64,000 nucleotides of DNA from an uncultured Clostridia bacterium. GTDB lineage: Bacteria; Bacillota; Clostridia; Christensenellales; UBA1242. The position numbers were made by a program, and so were the translations under genes. Positions 60,493-64,000 of the stretch are shown one piece after another (position 1 is the first letter of the stretch; each line of letters begins with the position of its first letter). A model generated the notes under the pieces. The model saw only the letters and a program-made list of their open reading frames with translations, searched no databases and had not been told where the DNA came from. Where the stretch lies: assembly GCA_944384465.1 (NCBI GenBank), contig CALWTK010000002.1, positions 28,257 to 92,256 of the forward strand. The letters are read 5' to 3'.

Positions 60493-61336
60493 AGGTTTTT
60501 TATCCATCAACAAACCGAAAGATTGGACAAGTTTTGACGTTGTCAATAAGGTGAAACATCTGCTGAAATTCAAAAAAGTGGGACATTTAGGGACTCTTGA
60601 CCCTATGGCTACAGGAGTTTTGATTGTCACAATAGGTAAAGCTACAAAATTGTTTGATTTCTTGCAACAAAAGAAAAAAACATACCTTGCCAAATTCGAA
60701 TTTGGATACTCTACCAACACATTGGATTCTACAGGCAGCGTGACAAATAGGGTAGATACAATTCCCACTAAAGAGGAAATTGAAAATATACTGCCAAAGT
60801 TTGTTGGCGAGATCAATCAAATTCCGCCTAAGTTTAGTGCAAAATCTGTTGACGGCAAGAGAGCATACGATTTAGCTAGGCAAAATGTTGACTTTGAATT
60901 GCAACCTAAATTGGTAAACATATATGACATTAAACTTTTAGGGTGTGAAAACAATGTTGCGACAATGGAAATTATGTGTGGTAGTGGCACATATATCCGC
61001 GCTATAGGTAGAGATATAGCAAACGACCTAAAATCTTGCGCCACAATGACAGAATTAATTAGGACAAAAATTGGCAAAGTTTCAATAGATAATTGTGTGG
61101 CAATAAATGAGTTAAATGAAGACAATATACAAAATTTCATTGTGCCAATTGACGAATTTTTAGATTGTCCAATACTAAATCTATCCATTCAAAATGGGCA
61201 AAAACTTCTAAATGGTCAAATCATTCCAGTAAAATTTGATGATGGTGTATACAAATACAATCTCATTGATGAGACCGTCGCTTTGGTAAAAGTACAAGCT
61301 TTTCGAGCAAAAATGATGATTTATTTAGGAGATTAG
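60479..61336 (+). CDS. truB: tRNA pseudouridine55 synthase
   Basis: GFLSINKPKDWTSFDVV, GHLGTLDPMATGVL. Alternative start at 60467. Confidence 0.93.
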   Translation: MAKNKGFLSINKPKDWTSFDVVNKVKHLLKFKKVGHLGTLDPMATGVLIVTIGKATKLFDFLQQKKKTYLAKFEFGYSTNTLDSTGSVTNRVDTIPTKEEIENILPKFVGEINQIPPKFSAKSVDGKRAYDLARQNVDFELQPKLVNIYDIKLLGCENNVATMEIMCGSGTYIRAIGRDIANDLKSCATMTELIRTKIGKVSIDNCVAINELNEDNIQNFIVPIDEFLDCPILNLSIQNGQKLLNGQIIPVKFDDGVYKYNLIDETVALVKVQAFRAKMMIYLGD

Positions 61337-61391
61337 ATTGGCAAACTTAAAATTTTATGTTATAATAAACTAAATAAATAAAGGAGAATTT

Positions 61392-61970
61392 ATGATTACT
61401 GCAGGAGATATTAGAAAAGGAGTTATTTTTGATGATGGTTCATCTACTGACCCTAAAAAACCAAGTTTATATTTAGTCGTTGATTTCCAACATGTGAAGC
61501 CTGGTAAAGGCGCTGCTTTCGTGCGTACAACGCTAAAGAATGTTTTGACAGGCAAAGTTATAGAAAAGACCTACAATCCATCTGAAAAGATAAACGACAT
61601 CTCTATCGAAAGAAAAGAGATGATGTATCTATACAATGAAGGTGGACTATATTATTTCATGGATAATGAGACATATGATCAGATACCTTTCAACTATGAG
61701 ACAGTCAAAGATGCTCTAAATTTTGTCGTAGAAAACACCAATTGCAATGTACAATTTTATAATGGACAACCTATCAGCGTTGAGCCACCTATCTTTGTTG
61801 AATTGACTATCAAAAAGACTGAACCCGGAGTGAGAGGAGACACAGCTAAAAGTGGTGGTAAACCCGCCATATTGGAGACGGGCTATACCATTCAAGTCCC
61901 ACTTTTCGTCAATGAAGGTGACAGAGTGCGCGTTGATACACGTACAGGCGAATATATGGAAAGATTATAA
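61392..61970 (+). CDS. efp: elongation factor P
   Basis: [25 protein letters not shown]. Confidence 0.95.
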   Translation: MITAGDIRKGVIFDDGSSTDPKKPSLYLVVDFQHVKPGKGAAFVRTTLKNVLTGKVIEKTYNPSEKINDISIERKEMMYLYNEGGLYYFMDNETYDQIPFNYETVKDALNFVVENTNCNVQFYNGQPISVEPPIFVELTIKKTEPGVRGDTAKSGGKPAILETGYTIQVPLFVNEGDRVRVDTRTGEYMERL

Positions 61971-62027
61971 TATTTTGTCTAAATTTAAAAGGTAGATTTG
62001 AATATAAATTTTGTTTTAAAGTCGAAA

Positions 62028-62058
62028 AATCAGTACTCTTGCAGTATTGATTTTTTTT
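62028..62058 (+). terminator. efp intrinsic terminator
   Basis: AATCAGTACT-cttgc-AGTATTGATT (one G-U pair) followed by TTTTTTTT. Confidence 0.7.
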
Positions 62059-62094
62059 ACGTATTTTAGAAAAATTTTCTTAATACCTTTATGT

Positions 62095-63000
62095 ATGTTA
62101 AAGGACTATTTGGATAGAGAATTATACAACACAATTATAAAAACATTCTGTTTCAATGATATAACAGAAATTCGTATGCGCGCAAATGAAAACTTGATTG
62201 TCGTCGTAAAAAACAAAAAATTTTACCTAAAAGACAACCAAGGTGAATTCATAAAAGTGAATACCAATCTCATCGAAAATTTCATCAAAAAAGCTAGTGA
62301 AAATTCAATCTACGCTTTCAACGACAGTATAGTAAATGGCTATATTACTTTGCCAAAAGGGATAAGGGTAGGACTGTGCGGAAATATTGTGACTGATGAC
62401 GATAAGATAGTCACCATAAAAGAATTCCAAGCCATCAACATACGAATACCACATTTTATAAAAAATTGTAGTTTGCCTGCATTTGATTTTATTGTCAATG
62501 GTGAAGAAATAAAAAATACGCTGATAATATCCCCGCCTGGCGCGGGTAAGACCACTTTTATACGCGACCTAGTCTATCAATTAAATCAACATAATATACC
62601 TAAAAATATTTTGATAGCAGATGAGCGAAATGAGATATGTTCGGTTGTGAATGGTGAGCCAAATGTGAATTTGGGTGGCTTTTGTGACGTGTATTCAAAT
62701 TGCTCAAAAAAATTTGCCTTCAAAAATGGAATTAGGAGCATGCGTCCAGACGTCATTGTCACGGATGAAATAGATTTAGAGCGAGATCTAGAGTACATAA
62801 TTGAAGCTATCAATTCGGGTGTAAATGTCATTGCAACAATACATGCAAAAGATTTAAACCAACTGAAAAAGAAGAAAAATTTTGACACTATTTTAGAAGA
62901 AAAATTCTTCTCTAGATTCGTTGTCCTATCTAGCGATGAGGGACCTGGTACGCTTTGTGGGGTGTATGACGAAAAATTGAATTGTATTTATTGTAGGTGA
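62095..63000 (+). CDS. spoIIIAA: stage III sporulation protein AA (ATPase)
   Basis: ISPPGAGKTTFIRDL Walker A, VIVTDEI Walker B. The track's TTG start at 62047 lies inside the efp terminator, so ATG 62095 is preferred. Confidence 0.85.
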   Translation: MLKDYLDRELYNTIIKTFCFNDITEIRMRANENLIVVVKNKKFYLKDNQGEFIKVNTNLIENFIKKASENSIYAFNDSIVNGYITLPKGIRVGLCGNIVTDDDKIVTIKEFQAINIRIPHFIKNCSLPAFDFIVNGEEIKNTLIISPPGAGKTTFIRDLVYQLNQHNIPKNILIADERNEICSVVNGEPNVNLGGFCDVYSNCSKKFAFKNGIRSMRPDVIVTDEIDLERDLEYIIEAINSGVNVIATIHAKDLNQLKKKKNFDTILEEKFFSRFVVLSSDEGPGTLCGVYDEKLNCIYCR

Positions 63001-63479
63001 ATATGATAAAGTGGATTTTAATAATAGTGCTAATAGCAGTCATAATGCTGATCGCCTATTCGGTGAGTGAACAATATAAGGACAAATATGACTTTTATAA
63101 CAACCTGAAAATGTTTTTAAATCAGTTCAAAATAAACATCTCTTTTAGACAGGAAAAAATCAATAATTTTCTAAACAGTATCACCCCCAAAAGACAATTT
63201 AAATGCTTTATAGAAGAATATAAAAAATATTTATCATCTGGTGAACTTAACCTAGACAATGTAAAAGTTCTAGAAGATGAAGACAAGGCAATTTTGAATG
63301 ATATAGTAAAAAACATAGGAAAATATGACGCAAAAAATGAAGTACAGCAATTAGATACATTTTTGTTGACAGTAGATAGTAAACTAAGCAAAGCACTACA
63401 AGACAAAAACAAATTGTGCCCCATGATAATAAAACTGGCACTATTGTTTGCAATAGGACTAAGTATTCTGTTGATTTGA
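62997..63479 (+). CDS. spoIIIAB: stage III sporulation protein AB
   Basis: About 160 aa with an N- and a C-terminal TM helix; position after spoIIIAA. Confidence 0.75.
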   Translation: MNMIKWILIIVLIAVIMLIAYSVSEQYKDKYDFYNNLKMFLNQFKINISFRQEKINNFLNSITPKRQFKCFIEEYKKYLSSGELNLDNVKVLEDEDKAILNDIVKNIGKYDAKNEVQQLDTFLLTVDSKLSKALQDKNKLCPMIIKLALLFAIGLSILLI

Positions 63480-63489
63480 AGGAGAGAGT

Positions 63490-63678
63490 ATGGAAATAAT
63501 TTTCAAACTGGCGGGAATCGGATTAATCACATCCATTGTCAATCAAATCTTAAAGTATTGTGGCAAAGAAGAGATAGCATCTATCACAACATTGGCGGGA
63601 CTTATCATTAGTCTTTTGATGGTACTTGATTTGATCCAAAGCCTTTTTGATACAGTAAAATCCTTATTTATATTTTAG
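63490..63678 (+). CDS. spoIIIAC: stage III sporulation protein AC
   Basis: 62-aa two-TM protein, IFKLAGIGLITSIVNQILK. Confidence 0.8.
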   Translation: MEIIFKLAGIGLITSIVNQILKYCGKEEIASITTLAGLIISLLMVLDLIQSLFDTVKSLFIF

Positions 63679-63685
63679 GTAGGAT

Positions 63686-64000
63686 ATGGTCGAATTATTG
63701 AAGATATTGGCAGTTGCTATAGTCACAGTTTTTGCCCACATGTTGGTCAAGCAGACAAAACCAGAAATTGCCATGATAATTTCTATAGCGGGCAGTGTAT
63801 TAATAATTGTAATGGCAGTAGATGCGCTAAACTCTGTCATATCTTCTTTTTATCAAATATTTGAGACAACAGGGGTAGACACGACACTATTGACGCCTTT
63901 GTTTAAAATCATTGCAATAGGTTATATCACCGAATTTGGAGCAAACATCTGCTTGGATGCAGGCGCTAGCAGTGTCGCAGACAAAGTGCTTTTCGCAGGA
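63686..64000 (+). CDS. spoIIIAD: stage III sporulation protein AD; 3' end off the window
   Basis: My hand translation from ATG 63686 reads MVELLKILAVAIVTVFAHMLVKQTKPEIAMIISIAG..FKIIAIGYITEFGANICLDAGASSVADKVLFAG, open to the window end. Confidence 0.75.
   Translation, partial: MVELLKILAVAIVTVFAHMLVKQTKPEIAMIISIAGSVLIIVMAVDALNSVISSFYQIFETTGVDTTLLTPLFKIIAIGYITEFGANICLDAGASSVADKVLFAG

Overview
The window is a low-GC chromosomal segment from an endospore-forming Firmicute; ylbJ and spoIIIAA-AD are present. I call about 72 protein genes, almost all on the + strand. They form an unusually dense run of conserved housekeeping operons: pta-ackA; rpmF; plsX-rnc; rpoZ-priA-def-fmt-rlmN-rpe; rsmE-mtaB-hit-rpsU; pcrA-ligA; smc-ftsY-ylxM-ffh; rpsP-KH-rimM-trmD-rbgA-rnhB-yraN; rplS; comM-dprA-topA-trmFO-hslVU; tcdA-trx-nifS-nifU-like; ruvX; rpsB-tsf; frr-uppS-cdsA-rseP; rimP-nusA-ylxR-ylxQ-infB-rbfA-truB; efp; spoIIIA. 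Only five genes are on the minus strand: ylbJ, two orphan helical proteins, one XRE regulator, and none of the core operons. The two orphans and the XRE gene sit in the accessory patches. I recognised no rRNA, tRNA, CRISPR array, transposase or integrase. The candidates most worth a second look are these. (1) A 2.2 kb insertion between ffh and rpsP begins with a stack of decayed copies of the ffh 3' end, an integration-scar pattern. It also carries a frameshifted XRE gene and a self-contained orphan gene for a 406-aa three-repeat helical protein. (2) A 506-aa protein has a PolC-like N-terminal region, an OB fold and a DEDDh proofreading exonuclease but no PHP or polymerase core. It sits in the canonical polC slot and appears to be leaderless. 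(3) A TcdA-like E1 / CMPC-thioredoxin / NifS / IscU-like cluster in which the scaffold homologue has lost two of its three canonical cluster cysteines. (4) A signal-less subtilase-like protein is wedged between yraN and rplS, next to an XRE regulator, palindromic operator and membrane-protein module. All homology calls come from reading motifs by eye. No database search or folding computation was run, and start codons are my best choice from RBS spacing.
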